Positions 23,682-36,576 of a stretch of 64,000 nt of DNA are shown piece after piece. A program made the position numbers and the translations under genes. Each line of letters starts with the position of its first letter. The first letter of the stretch is position 1. The notes under the pieces were generated by a model. That model ran no database searches. It saw only the letters and a list, made by a program, of their open reading frames with translations, and had not been told where the DNA came from. The DNA comes from Callorhinchus milii (lineage: Eukaryota): positions 82,400,001 to 82,464,000 of the forward strand of contig NW_024704743.1 in NCBI RefSeq assembly GCF_018977255.1. Reading direction: 5' to 3'.

Positions 23682-25539
23682 CATGTGTTTGCCCATATTC
23701 TAAGGTTATATGTAAATTTAAGGTATTAGTATGTTAGCATGCTTACTTGGACTGCTGTCTACCAAAGGACACAATGCGGATTTACCCTGGAATATTGCAT
23801 ATTGTAGGATGATGCAGGTCAAATACTGCAGAATGGTTCCAGAGTAATCTGAAGGTGCTGTTGCTTGCATTCTGCCACACTTACTTGTAGTGCAGCATTG
23901 AAGCAATCTTGCACATGTGCAAGCTCATTTCAGTTGCAGAATGGCCTTAACTATTTCTGACCTCCAAGGAACTTTGAAGGAGGCTGTGCAGACAAGTATC
24001 TCATTGTTGATAAATAGGGATGGGCTGATAGCTCAGATGGGCTTACAACTCAACTTTTTGACAGCCAACAAAAAAATCTACGATGATGGGGTGGCCCATT
24101 TAACATAATATTCAGTAAGGGGAGTGTAGATCTTTGGGACACCAGTGTTTTTCCTCTCAAATGTACTGAATCCAGTAGGAAAGTGTTTTGATTAATTTAT
24201 GTGGAGGATTGCGATGGTTGAAAATAAAATGATTTAATTAAATGTTAATGAACTATTTGGCTAAGACAGTAAATCTCAGAGCTCTATAGTAAAAAATAAA
24301 GTGTAAATTCTTAAATTTAAAATTAAGAAAAGAAGGAATGCTTTAACAATTCAAACGTAGTGCCTCATTTCAAAGTGAGCAAAAAGCAGATTCATTTTAA
24401 GTGGGAAGTTTAAAACAAAAGGCTTTTCCTATCTTGTTGATTTCACAAGACCCAGAATTGAGATGGTGTTTCCACAAGTGCTATAATCACAAAACTCTTT
24501 ACCTAGAACAATGCACTCAGAATTGCTTGCCCTGAATATTGTGTTACTGACTTCAGTGAATCATGGTGGAATAGGCTACTTTGAGATCATTAAAACATTC
24601 AGTTCTCACCAAGTGATTCTCTTCACTTATTCCTTTACAAACCTAGATTATAAGATGTAGGCTGGGTAGTTACTTTTTGGAATACTGTATATATCAGTCT
24701 GGAAGATCTCATGATACTATACGAAAAGAGAAGTGTCCTGGCCAACAATCCTCCACATAAATGTATTTATGTATTGCCTGTTTGTGGATCTTATTGTGCA
24801 CAAACTGTCTGTCACGTTTAAATATACAGTAACTACATTTAGCAGTAAATCCCAATGAAAGACACTTTTGAGGTGTTTTGTTAGTAAAGGATGATTATTG
24901 TACCGTATCATACTCATGTCAATAAAAAATACATCAACAATTTGCATTTGTATAGTGCCCTTTATGCTGGTAACATCGTGGAGGCCTTAAATTACATAAT
25001 CTCTGGAATATATATAAGAGAATTACCACCTATTGAGATAACTTTACTTTCTACAAGATATGGGACTCTCTGGCCTGAATGGTCTCATATACTTAGGCTT
25101 AACCATCACTTTAATATTTAAGATCAAGGAAAATATGGAAAGTACTCTTAAATTCTGTCTTAATTTAGAAGTCAATTTTCAACACCGTCGTAAAAGAACT
25201 ATTGAAAGTTCACTTCTAAATGAAAGCAGAATATAAACGCATTTTCCTCCAAAAAATTCAAGACCTTACATTTTGGGAAAATGGTATTAAGGTTAAGTAA
25301 TGAGAAATGTTGAAACCCTAATATGTTAACAGAACTTAACAGTAATCTCCTTATTACCTCACTTGCAATTAGCTGTTCCACCTCAGTATTTCCAGTAGCA
25401 TTGCATTCTTTTCATTCATACATCCATGTATTTAATACGCCTACAACTGTATCTCCTATGACATGATTGCACTGTATCATTGTTTACTTTTATGCAATGT
25501 CAGTGAAACTCCATTTGCTGTGCAACATTCCCTTGGTCA

Positions 25540-26150
25540 CAAGAGTTCAGATGAAGGCCCTTTGGCCCATCTGATCTCATCACTCCAGAGTATCTCCCTA
25601 AGCTCCCATCATAGCATTAAGCTGCTTTTTAAATGAGTCCAGTGTCCTGAGCTCAATCACTCTTCCATGCAACCTTTTCCAGTCCTTAATTAATCTCTGG
25701 GTGAAGAAACATTTCCTGCTATCTGTCCTGAAATTGCCCCTTGCAACTTTAAACCTATGTCCTCTTGTTCTCCTGTATTGGTGCATCCTAAAGTTTTGTC
25801 CTGGATTTACTTTTTCAATCCTATTTAAAATGTTGTACATCTCTATGAGGTCCCCTCTAAGTCATCTTCTCTCAACACTGGAAAACCTTAGTTTGACTAA
25901 TCATAGCTCATTCCTCTAAGACTGGGGATCATCCTCATGGCATCCTCTGCACTGCCTCTATGGTCTGGGTAGGCCCCCGATTTTGCAGTGACCAGAACTT
26001 TATGCAGTATTCTGGGTGGCCTTACTACAACACTGTACAGCCTGGGGAGACAACACCTACCATTTCTGAACTCCCATTGGCTGTCATTTATAAGTTTAGT
26101 TTTATATAGGTAATCTTCCACTTCCTTTCTGATCATTGACTCCATAGTTT
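25540..26150 (-). mobile_element. Old CR1 3' fragment
   Basis: RTRGHRFKV...FFTQRLIKDWKRL...SFKKQL, a CR1 C-terminal motif. Confidence 0.75.
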
Positions 26151-26461
26151 ATTGAGGTTAATCTAATAACTCTAGTTGCCTGAACAGGCGGATTGGATGT
26201 TGGTTTAATTGGATGTTGGTTTAATATCTCATCCAAAGGATGGCACTGTCACATTTTGAATATGGGACACATTTCTGTGTTCTGTATAACTTTCCTGTTT
26301 TTTAATTCATTTTGTCAGGATGAATTCAAGCTCCACTTTCAGCTCATAGACTAGGTTGAACTCCAATGGAGTGCTCGGGGAGTGATCCATTGTCAGAGGT
26401 GCCATCCTTTGGATGAGACATTAAACCAAGGTCTTGTCTGCCTGTTCAGGTGGTCATCCAC

Positions 26462-27380
26462 AAAACCCACCCACTACTGGCGTCCTGACCGACTGCCTGT
26501 CCGACATCAAGTCCTGGACGAGGGACAACTTTCTCCAACTCAACGTCAACAAGACTGAAGCCCTCTTGATTGGCTCGCGCCAGCGCCTCCGCACCTCGGG
26601 CACTGGCAGCATCAGCCTCCACGGCTGCATACTCAACCTCACTAAGCCAGTCAGGAACCTGGATATCTTGTTTGACCCTGAACTGTCCTTTCTCCCCCAC
26701 ATCTGTACCATGTCTGGCACTGCCTACCACCACCTCCGCAAAATTGCCAGACTCCGCCACTGCCTCTCCCCTCAGGCTGCCGAAACCCTCACCCACGCAT
26801 TCATCACATCAAGGCTCGATTATGGAAACCCCCTCCTCATCAGCCTTCCCAACTCTTCCCTTCACAAGCTGCAGATCATCCAAAACTCTGCTGCTCATGT
26901 ACTCTCACGCACCAGGCTCCGTGAACCTATCATTCCCACCCTCGCCCGACTCCACTGGCTCTCCATCCTTCAGAGGATCGGATTTAAGATCCTCGCTCTC
27001 ACTTTCAAGGCCATCCATGGCCTTACCCCCTCCTACCTCTCTGACCTGCTGACTCCCTAACAACCTGCCCATTCCCTCCGTTCAGCGGGCTCCAGCTCGC
27101 TCCATGTCTCCCGCCCCACCCACCGTACCATTGGTGGCTGGGCTTTCAGCCTCTCTGCCCCCACACTCTGGAACTCAATCCCTCAGTCCCTTTGCTTCGC
27201 TTCCTCCCTTGCCTCCTTCAAGGCCAGTCTCAAGACCCTCCTCTTCGATCGTGCCTTCGGTTGCCTTCCCACCTCTCTGCCTTCCCCCACCCTACCCCAC
27301 TCCTCCTCCATGCTCGGGTCCTGACCCCTGACGTCCTCCCGATGTGAAAGGCACTCTATAAATGTAATTTTGCTGTTGTT
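26462..27380 (+). mobile_element. L2 3' fragment
   Basis: [27 protein letters not shown]...LHWLSILQRIGFKIL; tail present. Confidence 0.9.
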
Positions 27381-27654
27381 TATGTCATTCAGCAAAGAGT
27401 GGAAAAATCTAACCTTTCTAGGGTTAGGGCGACCTTATGTATAAGCAGTTAATCATAAGCCCGGTGTTGGGGATTAAAATATCTGCTGACCAGTCTAAAC
27501 TGTGTGCTTTTGTTTGAGTCCCATTTAAAGAAGACTTGTGAGAACCTCACTTGAGCAGAGAGCCCAGCGGTTTAAGGAGGAAACTGAGTGAGGTGGATCA
27601 GAGTGAGAATTCTGTTAAAGAATTTGGTGAGAGTGGGAATTTTTCAGCAAAAGA

Positions 27655-29020
27655 GAGTATCAATTGCTCGATGTAGCTTATCTGGATTTTCAAAAGGTGT
27701 TTCATAAAGTGCCACATATGAAATTTGTAAGCAAACTGGAAGCCCACAGTATTGAAGGAACAGTGACAGCATGGATACAGAACTGGCTGGGAGACAGAAA
27801 GCAGAGAGTGGTGGTGAACAGTTGTTTTTCTGACTGGAGGGCAATGTGCAGTGGTGCCCCCAAGGGTTGGTATTTTGATCTAAATAAATGACCTGGACTT
27901 GGGTACAGGGAGCACAATTTCCAAGTTTGCAGATGATACTAAGCTAGGAAACAGTGAGGGGTAGCAGCAGACTGGTAAAATGGGCGGACAGGTGGCAGAT
28001 GAAGTTTAATGTGGAGAAATGCAAAGTGATGTATTTTGTGAGGAAAAATGAGGAGAGGCAATATAAGCTGATGGTAGAATTTTAATGGGGGTGAAGGAAC
28101 AGAAAGACTTGGAAACACTCAGCAGGTCAGCAGCATCTATGGAGAAAGTAAAGTGAGTCAACATTTTGGGTCCATAACCCTTTGTCAGAACAATTCTGAT
28201 GTTCTAATGAAGGATCGTGGACCTGAAACGTTGACTCACTTTCCTTTCTCCATAGATGCTGCCTGACCTGCTGAGTGTTCTCAGCGACCTGTTTTGGTTC
28301 AGATTTCCAGCATCTGCAGTATTTTCCATTTTGAGAGACTTGTGGGTTCATATAACTAAATATTTGACGGTGGCAGGACAGGTAGATAAAGCTGTTAAAA
28401 AAGCATATCGGATAAAAGTCAGGAAGTTATAATGAACCTTTATAAAAACACTGGTTAGACCTCAGCTAGAGTATTGTGTTGAGTTCTGGGCACCACGCTT
28501 TAGAAAGGATTTCAAGGCATTGGAGACAGTGCAAAGAAGATTTACCAGGATGGTACCAGGGATGAGGGACTTCAGTTATGAGGAGTGGCTAGAAAAGCTA
28601 GGATTGTTCTCCTTGGAGCAGAGAAGGTTAAGAGGAGACTTAATAGAAGTTTTAAAAATTATGAGGGGATTCGATAGGGTGAACAAGGAGAAATTATTTC
28701 CACTGGCGGGTGGGTCGGTAACCTGAAGACACCGATTTAAAATAGTTGTTAAAAGAAACAGAGGGGAGATGAGGAGAAATGTTTTCACACAATGAGTTGT
28801 TCGGATCTGAAAGGCATTGTCTGAAAGGGTGGTGGAAGCCGATTCGATAACAACTTTTAAGTCTCCAATGCCTTGAAGTAGATAATTATTTGGGGAGGAC
28901 AAGTTTGCAGGGCTATGGGGAGAGCGGGATTGAATTAGATAGCTCTTTTCAAAGAGCCTGAACAGACACGATGGGCCGAATGCCCTCCTTCTGTGCTGTA
29001 TAATTCGATAATGCTATGAT
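27655..29020 (+). mobile_element. CR1 LINE 3' fragment, same subfamily as the 12.2-kb copy, interrupted by a palindromic insert
   Basis: LDVAYLDFQKVFHKVPH and [40 protein letters not shown]. Near-identical to the reverse complement of 12200-12860. Confidence 0.92.
28112..28335. mobile_element. Palindromic insert resembling Penelope-like element ends, with two decayed hammerhead motifs
   Basis: Inverted arms AACACTCAGCAGGTCAG..CAGCATCTATGGAGAAAG and CTTTCTCCATAGATGCTG..CTGACCTGCTGAGTGTT. Flanked by AGACTTG at 28105-28111 and 28336-28342. Confidence 0.75.
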
Positions 29021-29146
29021 GTGAAAGGTACTATACCAAATGTTAGGATTATTTTTATTTATTATTATGTTAAAAGATTCTCGGGCACTATTCAAAAAGG
29101 GAAGGGAGTCTCTCCCAGCATCATAGTCAACAATCACCATATAAAA

Positions 29147-32100
29147 CAACAACAACAACAAGATTCCATTTATTGAGCGCCTTTCACGTTGGGAGGACGT
29201 CCCAAGGCGCTGTACAGTTGGGTCAGGACCCGAGCAGGGGGGAAATGGTCAGGGTGGGGGGAGGGAAGGGAGGGAGCGAGGAGGGGGTAGAGAGTCGAGA
29301 GGGGAGCTGAAGGCACGGTCAAAGAGAAAGGTCTTGAGACCGGCCTTGAAGGAGGAAAGGGAGGAGGCGGCGAAGGCACTGGGGGATAGAGTTCCAGAGC
29401 CTCGGGGCTGAAAGGCTGAAGGCCCGACCACCAATGGTAGGGCGGTTGGGGCGGGGGATGTGGAGCAGACCGGAGCCAAAGGAATGGAGGGTACGGGCAG
29501 GTAGGTAGGGGGATAGTAGGTCGGAGAGGTAGGAGGGAGCAAGGCCGTGAATGGCCTTGTAGGTGAGGGTGAGGATCTTGAATTCGATCCTCTGGGGGAT
29601 GGGGAGCCAGTGGAGGCGAGCGAGGGTGGGAGTGATGTGGTCGCGAAGCCTGGTGCGGGACAGTACACGAGCTGCAGAGTTCTGAATGACCTGCAGCTTG
29701 TGGAGGGAGGTGCCGGGAAGGCCGGCGAGGAGAGAGTTCCCATAGTCCAGCCTTGAGGTGATAAAGGCGTGGACCAGAGTTTCAGCAGCGTGAGGGGTGA
29801 CGTAGCACCGTAGTTTGGCGACATTCCGGAGGTGATGGAAGGCGGTGCCAGTTGTGGTGCGGATATGAGAAAGAAAGGACAACTCAGGGTCGAACAGAAC
29901 CCCGAGGTTCCTGAGCGGCTTTGAGAGGTGGAGAGTGCAGCCTTGGATGCTGATGCTGTCAGCGCCTGAGGTGCGGAGGCGCTGACGTGAGCCAATCAGG
30001 AGGGCCTCAACTTTGCGCACGTTGAGCTGAAGAAAGTTGTCTCTCGTCCAGGATTCGATGTCGGACAGGCAGGCTGTCAGGACATCGGTGGTCGTGGAGT
30101 TGAGGGTAGAGGAGGAAAGGTAGAGTTGGGTGTCATCCGCATACATGTGGAAGTTAACCCCATGTCTGCGGATGATGTCACCAAGGGGGAGCATATAGAG
30201 GGTGAAGAGGAGGGGACCGAGGACAGAGCCTTGAGGGACACCGCACGAGACAGTGCGGGGGCCGGAGGAAAAACCATTTGTGGAGGCAAAGTGAAGACGG
30301 TGGGAGAGGTACGACCTAAACCACTCAAGGACAGGGCCTTGAAGGTTGAGGTGGGAGGACAAGCGGTGGAGGAGGATAGTGTGGTCGACCGTATCGAATG
30401 CTGCCGATAGGTCGAGGAGGACGAGGAGGCAGAGGGAGCCCTGGTCACAGATGGTCAGGATGTCATTGGTGACCTTGACCAGGGCAGTTTCTGTGCTATG
30501 GGCAGCACGGAAACCCGACTGAAGGGGTTCGAATAGTGAATGGTTGGAGAGGAAAGAGCGCAGCTGGGAGGCGACAACTCATTCCAGGACCTTGGATAGG
30601 AAGGGGAGGTTGGAGATGGGCCGGTAGCTTGATAGCTGCGACGCATCAAGGGAGGGTTTTTTTAAGGTGGGAGTGATGATGGCAGTTTTTAAGGGAATGG
30701 GAATAGAGCCAGAGGAGAGGGACAGGTTGACGATGTCTGTGATATGTGGGGCAAGGAGGTGGAGCTGGGAGATAAGGAGTGGAGTGGGGATGGGGTCAAG
30801 GGAGCAGGTGGTGGGTTTCAGGGATAGGATGAGTTTGGTGACAGAGGGTGGGGAAACGGGTACGAAGGTGTGTAGGGGAGGATGGGTAGGAGTCGGAGTG
30901 TGGGAGGGAAGGGGTGGGTGGTGGGTGGATGTTGGAGGGGAAGTGACCGCGGAGCGAATTCCCTTGATCTTGGATTCAAGGAAATCCAGCATCTCCTCGC
31001 AGTGAAGGTTGGAGGAGATGACCTGCGCGGGGTGGCGGGGGGGACGGAGGAGTTGGGATGTGGTAGAGAACAGTAGCCTGGGGTTGTCCTTCGCCTCCAG
31101 GATTATCCTGGAGTAGAAGGACGATTTGGCCGAGGCTAGAGTGGAGCGGTAGATTTTGAGGAGGTCCAGCCAGATTTGTCGGTGGACCGTTAGGCCAGAT
31201 TTGACCCAGGTGCGTTCAGCGGCCCGCACCTGGCTCTTCAGTGAGCGGAGGTGGGTGGTGAACCAGGGGAGGAGCGAGAGTAGGAGACAGTACGGGAGGT
31301 GATAGGGGCAAGAGTGTCAAGTGTGGAGGAGAGGGTGTTGTGGAGGAGGGTGAGAGCAGAAGAGGGATCGGTGAGGGTTGAAGGCCAGCGGGAGAGGAGT
31401 TCAGAGGACTCCAAGGCAGCGGTTAGGGATTGAGGGGGTAACTTCTTCCAGGGGCGGTAGAAGATGGTGGTGGGTCTGGTGGAGGTGGGGAGGGGGGTGG
31501 AGGTGGTGAAGGAGATGAAGTGGTGGTCGGAGATGGCCTTGTCGGTGATGGTGACATCCGAGACACTGAGGCCCCGGGTGTAACCAAGTCGAGTGGGTGG
31601 CCGTGACTGTGAGTGGGGGAGTTGATGTGGAGGGAGAGGTTGAGCGAGGAGAGCAGGGAAGAGAAATCTGAGGAGATTGAGCAGGAGGGGGTGAAGTGCA
31701 GGTTAAAGTCGCCCAGGATGATGAGGCTATCAGAGCAGAGGCAGAGAGATGTGAGAAGTGTTGAAATATCAGAGATAAAGGTGGGAGAGGTTTTAGAGGG
31801 CCGGTAGAGGAGGAGGATTTTAAGTGAGAGGAAGGAGGGGTGGGAGAGGGTGAGGTGCTCAAAAGAGGGGAAAGAGCCTGAGGAGTAGCGGGATAGAGCA
31901 AGTGGTGTCCTTGAGATAAGGGCAACACCACCGCCACGGCGGTTGGGGCGAGGGATGTGGTGGGAGGTGTAGCCGGGTGGTGTGGCCTCCGTGAAGGGGA
32001 AGGTGTCGCCTGGGGTGAGCCAGGTTTCCGTTAAGGCCATGATGTCAACGCTCTCATCAAGGATGAGATCGTTGATGACCAGGGCCTTGTTACAGAGGGA

Positions 32101-32189
32101 GCGGACGTTTTGTAGTCCGATGTGGATGGAGCGGTTGACAGAAGGGTGTGTGGGGAGGGAGGGGGGTCCCGGTTGTGAGGCTGGCAGAT
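29147..32189 (-). mobile_element. L2 LINE, 5'-truncated, near-complete ORF2 (APE endonuclease plus RT), inactivated
   Basis: EN motifs GLQNVRSL, ALTETWL, GGGVAL and ILGDFN. RT motifs [28 protein letters not shown] and [11 protein letters not shown]2 C-terminus LHWLPI. (TTG)n tail. Nonsense codon at 30579-30581 plus frameshifts. Confidence 0.95.
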
Positions 32190-32408
32190 CGCTGTACGCA
32201 AATGGGCTACCATTTTCATCTACAAAATACAGCCATGACAATCTACAGTAAAGCATATGAGACATTTTGACAACATAATAAGGCACTACATCAAATCCAA
32301 AGATTATATTTCATGTAGTTTTAGGTTTCCAGGGCATGTCCATTAATGGAGCTTCATCCAGACAGACTCCAAACCTGTCAGAACACAGTGGCATGTGTAA
32401 ATGCTCAA

Positions 32409-32700
32409 ATAATAATCCTTGCATTTGATATAGCACTTTTCACGTCTTCTAGATGTCTCAACGCAATTCACAGAATATACTGCAGAGTGAATTGACAATA
32501 TATTTGGGGGCAAAACGCAGCAGCCAATTACACACAGCAGTGTCCCACAAACAGTCAGAGAGTGACAAAATTATTATTGTTATTTTTCTCAAGGGCTTCT
32601 TGTCAGACATGTGGAATAAGGAAACTTGCCCAAGGTTTCGCCTTGCCGGGAATCAAACCCAGGTATTTCTCTTGCGAAGCGAGTGCTACAGGACTTCAGG
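32409..32700 (-). mobile_element. SINE short form, diverged
   Basis: Reverse complement of the head, body and tail of the 2331 copy. Confidence 0.82.
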
Positions 32701-32824
32701 GTTCAAGTCAATCATTCAAGACAAGGAATTTGCAATGACCGAAAGTGCTTTGGGAAATGATTGGGTGAAAGGTGATTTGATTCCAGAGACAGGAAGTACT
32801 TCTTTACCCAAAGTATAATATGAG

Positions 32825-33200
32825 TCGGCCTGACTCAGTTGGTAGCACTCTCACCTGTTGCAGGTTGTCAGTTCGAGCCTCATGTCGGGACATTGAACTC
32901 ACATAATCTAAGATGGTACTACAATACGTTGCTGGGGTTGTGCTGCACTGCTGGATGTCTTTAAATGAAACGTTAACCTGAGGTCCTGCCTGCCTGTTCA
33001 AGTGGACATTAAGTATCCCATGGCACTATTTGAAAAGTGAAGGGAATTTCTCCTGGTCAACAATCCCCCAAACAAAAATGGTCATTCACTTTCTGGGTGT
33101 TTGAGGGACAATGTTGTGTGCAAATTGGTTGCTGTGTTCTTCCCCACATAAACACAGTCACTGCATTTTACAGTACATCCTACGAAATCCCTCAAATGAC
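32825..33200 (+). mobile_element. Older Deu-domain SINE
   Basis: TGACTCAGTTGGTAGCACTCTC head; CCTGCCTGTTCAAGTGGACATTAAGTATCCCATGGCACTATTTG core. Confidence 0.72.
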
Positions 33201-33544
33201 ATTAGCTACTCACTTCATTGCTGTTTCTGGGATATTGTTTGTAAATTGGTTGCCGCTTTCACCTACAAAATACACAGCTAGTACACTTTATAGCAGAAAC
33301 CTTCAGAGAGGAACAGTTTTTTGGAAAAAGATTGAAAACCATTGCTTTATTGCATGTCCTGTGAAGCACTTTGAGACCTCCTCCTTACGCGAAAAGGGCT
33401 ATAACAAATGTAAGGACGATCATTAATGAATGGGTTAGCAGCTGGAATGGGTTAGCAGAATTGGTGGTTCAAGCCACAATACTGGATTCATTTAAGAAAT
33501 TTGATGCTTAATAGCTGGGCGGTAGGTAGGTTGGTATTCTTAAA

Positions 33545-36385
33545 AGAATTAAGAACATAAGAATTAGGAGCAGATGTAGGCTATTCGGCCCCTCGAGCCT
33601 GCCCCACCATTCGATAAGATCATGGCTGATCTTCTGACCTAACTCTGATTACCTGTCCTATCCCCATATCCCCTAATCCCTCTATTTTTTAAAAATCCAT
33701 CAGTCTCAGCCTTGAAGATGTTCAAGGACTGAGCATCTACAGCCTTCTGGGGTAGTGAATTCCATAAATTCACTACCCTCTGAGTGAAGAAATGTTTCCT
33801 CAACTCTGTTCTGAAAGGCTTACCCTTAATTTTAAGACTGTGACCCCTGGTTATAGATTCTCCTACCAGGGGAAACAGTCCCTCAGTGTGTCTACTTTAT
33901 CCAGCCCTTTAAGAATCTTATATGTTTCAATAAGATCTCCCCTAATTCTTCTGTACTCTGGAGAATACAGCCCTAGTTTATTCAGCCTATCCTCATAGGT
34001 CAGTCCCCTCATCCCAGGAACTAACCGAGTGAATCTACGCCGCACACCCTCTAAGGCAAGTATGTCCTTTTTTAAATAAGGAGACCAAAACTGCGCACAA
34101 TACTCTAGGTGCGGTCTCACCAAGGCCCTGTACAGTTGCAGCAAGACTTCCCTACTCTTGTACTCTAACCCTTTTGCAATGAACGCTAACATGCCGTTCG
34201 CCTTCTTAGTTGCTTGCTGCACCTGCAAACTAACTTTTTGAGACTGGTGTACAAGGACACCCAAATCCCTCTGAACACTAACACTATCTAATCTCTCCCC
34301 TCTAGAAAATAATCTGTTTTTCTATTTTTGCTACCTAGGTGAATAACTTCACACTTCCCCACATTAAATTCCATCTGCCACCTACTCGCCCACTCCCCTA
34401 GCCTATCTATATCCTGTTGCAATCTTTTTGCATCATCCTCAGAGCTTACTCTCCCACCTAGTTTAGTGTCATCCGCGAATTTAGATACGTTACATTCAAT
34501 GTCCTCGTCTAGATCATTGATGTAAATTGTAAATAGCTGAGGCCCAAGCACTGATCCTTGTGGCACTCCACTAGTCACATCCTGCCAATTCGAGAATGAC
34601 CCGTTTATCCCTACTCTCTGTTTTCTACCCGTTAGCCACTCTTCAATCCATGCTAATATGTTCCCATTAATCCCGTGGGCCTTAACCTTGTGCAATAGCC
34701 TTTTGTGTGGCACTTTGTCAAATGCCTTTTTAAAATCTAAATATACTACATCTACTGGTTCCCCCTATCTAACCTGCTAGATACATCTTCAAAAAACTCT
34801 AAAAGATTAGTTAAGCATGACTTCCCTTTTGTAAAGCCATGTTGACTCTGCCTAATCTTGTTATGGTCTTCCAGGAATCCCATAACGACATCTTTAATTA
34901 AGGACTCAAGAATTTTCCCTACCACTGATGTCAGACTAACTGGTCTATAGTTCCCCATCTTTTCTCTCCCACCCTTCTTAAATAGCGGTGTTACGTTTGC
35001 AATCTTCCAATCAATGGGAACCATTCCAGAATCCAGAGAATTTTGGAAGATCAAAGACAAGCCATCCACTATCTTAGTAGCCACCTCTTTTAAAACCCTA
35101 GGATGTAGGCCATCAGGTCCAGGGGATTTATCAGTTTTAAGACCTGACAATTTACCTAAAACCATTTCTTTACTAATATTAATTATTGGTTCCCCTCTAT
35201 TCTTGGTAGGTTTTCAGTGTCTTCTAAGGTGAAGACAGCAGCAAAGTACTTGTTTAGTGACTCTGCCATGTCTTTGTCCCCAACTGTAATTCCCCCCCGT
35301 CTCTGCCTGTAGCGGACCCACATTTACCCTTGACAGCCTCTTCCTCTTTATATATTTATAAAAACTCTTGCAGTCTGTCTTCATGTTCTTCGCTAGTTTG
35401 CCCTCATTTTCTCCCTCTTAATCACTTTTTTGGTTCTCCTTTATTGATCCCTAAAGTTCTTCCAATCCTCTGGTTTACTACTCATTTTAGTTGTTTTATA
35501 GGCTTCTTCCTTTAACTTTATACTTTCTCTAACTGCTCTAGTTAGCCACGGTTGGGCCACCTTTCCCGTGGCATTCTTATTCCTCAAAGGAATACGTGCT
35601 CGCTGGGAATTTTGCACTATCTCCTTAAACGTCTGCCATTGCTGGTCTACTGTCAAATCCTTAAGTCTAATTTCCCAGTTTATTTTAGCTAAATTCTCTC
35701 TCATACCAGCAAAGTTGGCTCTACTTAAATTTAAGACCTTTGCTTCGGACTTAACTACTTCTCTCTCTAACTTAATGCTAAATTCCATTATATTATGATC
35801 ACTTTGCACTAGAGGAGCTTTAATTTCCAGTTTGCTGATCAGCCCTGCTTCATTACACAAAACACGGTCTAATATGGCCTGTTCCCTGGTTGGCTCCTCG
35901 GCATACTGATCTAGATAATTATCCCTAATACATTCTATAAACTCTTCCTCTATCATACTTTTCCCAATTTGGTTGTCCCAATCTATATGCAGATTAAAAT
36001 CACCCACAATTAATGTTTTTCCTTTTCTACATACTCCGCTAATTTCCTGATTAATACCTTGAAAGAGACTGTGACTGCTGTTCGGGGGTCTATAAACTAC
36101 TCCCACTAGAGTTTTCTGCCCCTTGTTGTTTCGTACTTCTAGCCATACTGACTCTACTTCCTGCTTTTCTGATTTAAAATCTTTCCTCTCTACTGTTTTT
36201 AATCCCATCCTTTATTAGCAGGACCACACCCCCCCTCCTCGTTTACCACATTGTCTATCTTTTCTATACGCCACATACCCTGGAATATTTAGCTCCCACC
36301 CTTGATCTCCCTGTAACCATGTCTCGGTGATGGCTACTAGATCATACCCGTTTGTTTCTATTTGTGCATTTAATTCGTCTATCTT
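33545..36385 (-). mobile_element. CR1 LINE ORF2 (EN plus RT), fragmented, 5'-truncated
   Basis: [65 protein letters not shown] and YRALVRPHLEYC. TTCTTATG-like 3' tail. Confidence 0.95.
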
Positions 36386-36576
36386 AATTAAATGAAAATG
36401 ACTGAAGTGCTCTCTTCACCCATAAACCTGAGGTGACCTAGAAACACAAGATGTGTTTCAAATATTTCCAAGTATTTTCTCTGTACCACTTAATAACCTG
36501 TTTTTCCTCAGTATCTATCAATCTGTCTTACTCGTAAATTGCCCAGTTGATTGATTCTGATGCTTTGGCTGGAATT

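Noticed and set aside
27419..27429. TAGGGTTAGGG telomere-like motif
   Set aside because: Fewer than two full units; expected by chance.
33545..36385. Domesticated reverse transcriptase gene
   Set aside because: ORF2 is split by several frameshifts and stops, is 5'-truncated and ends in a CR1 tail; an ordinary dead copy.
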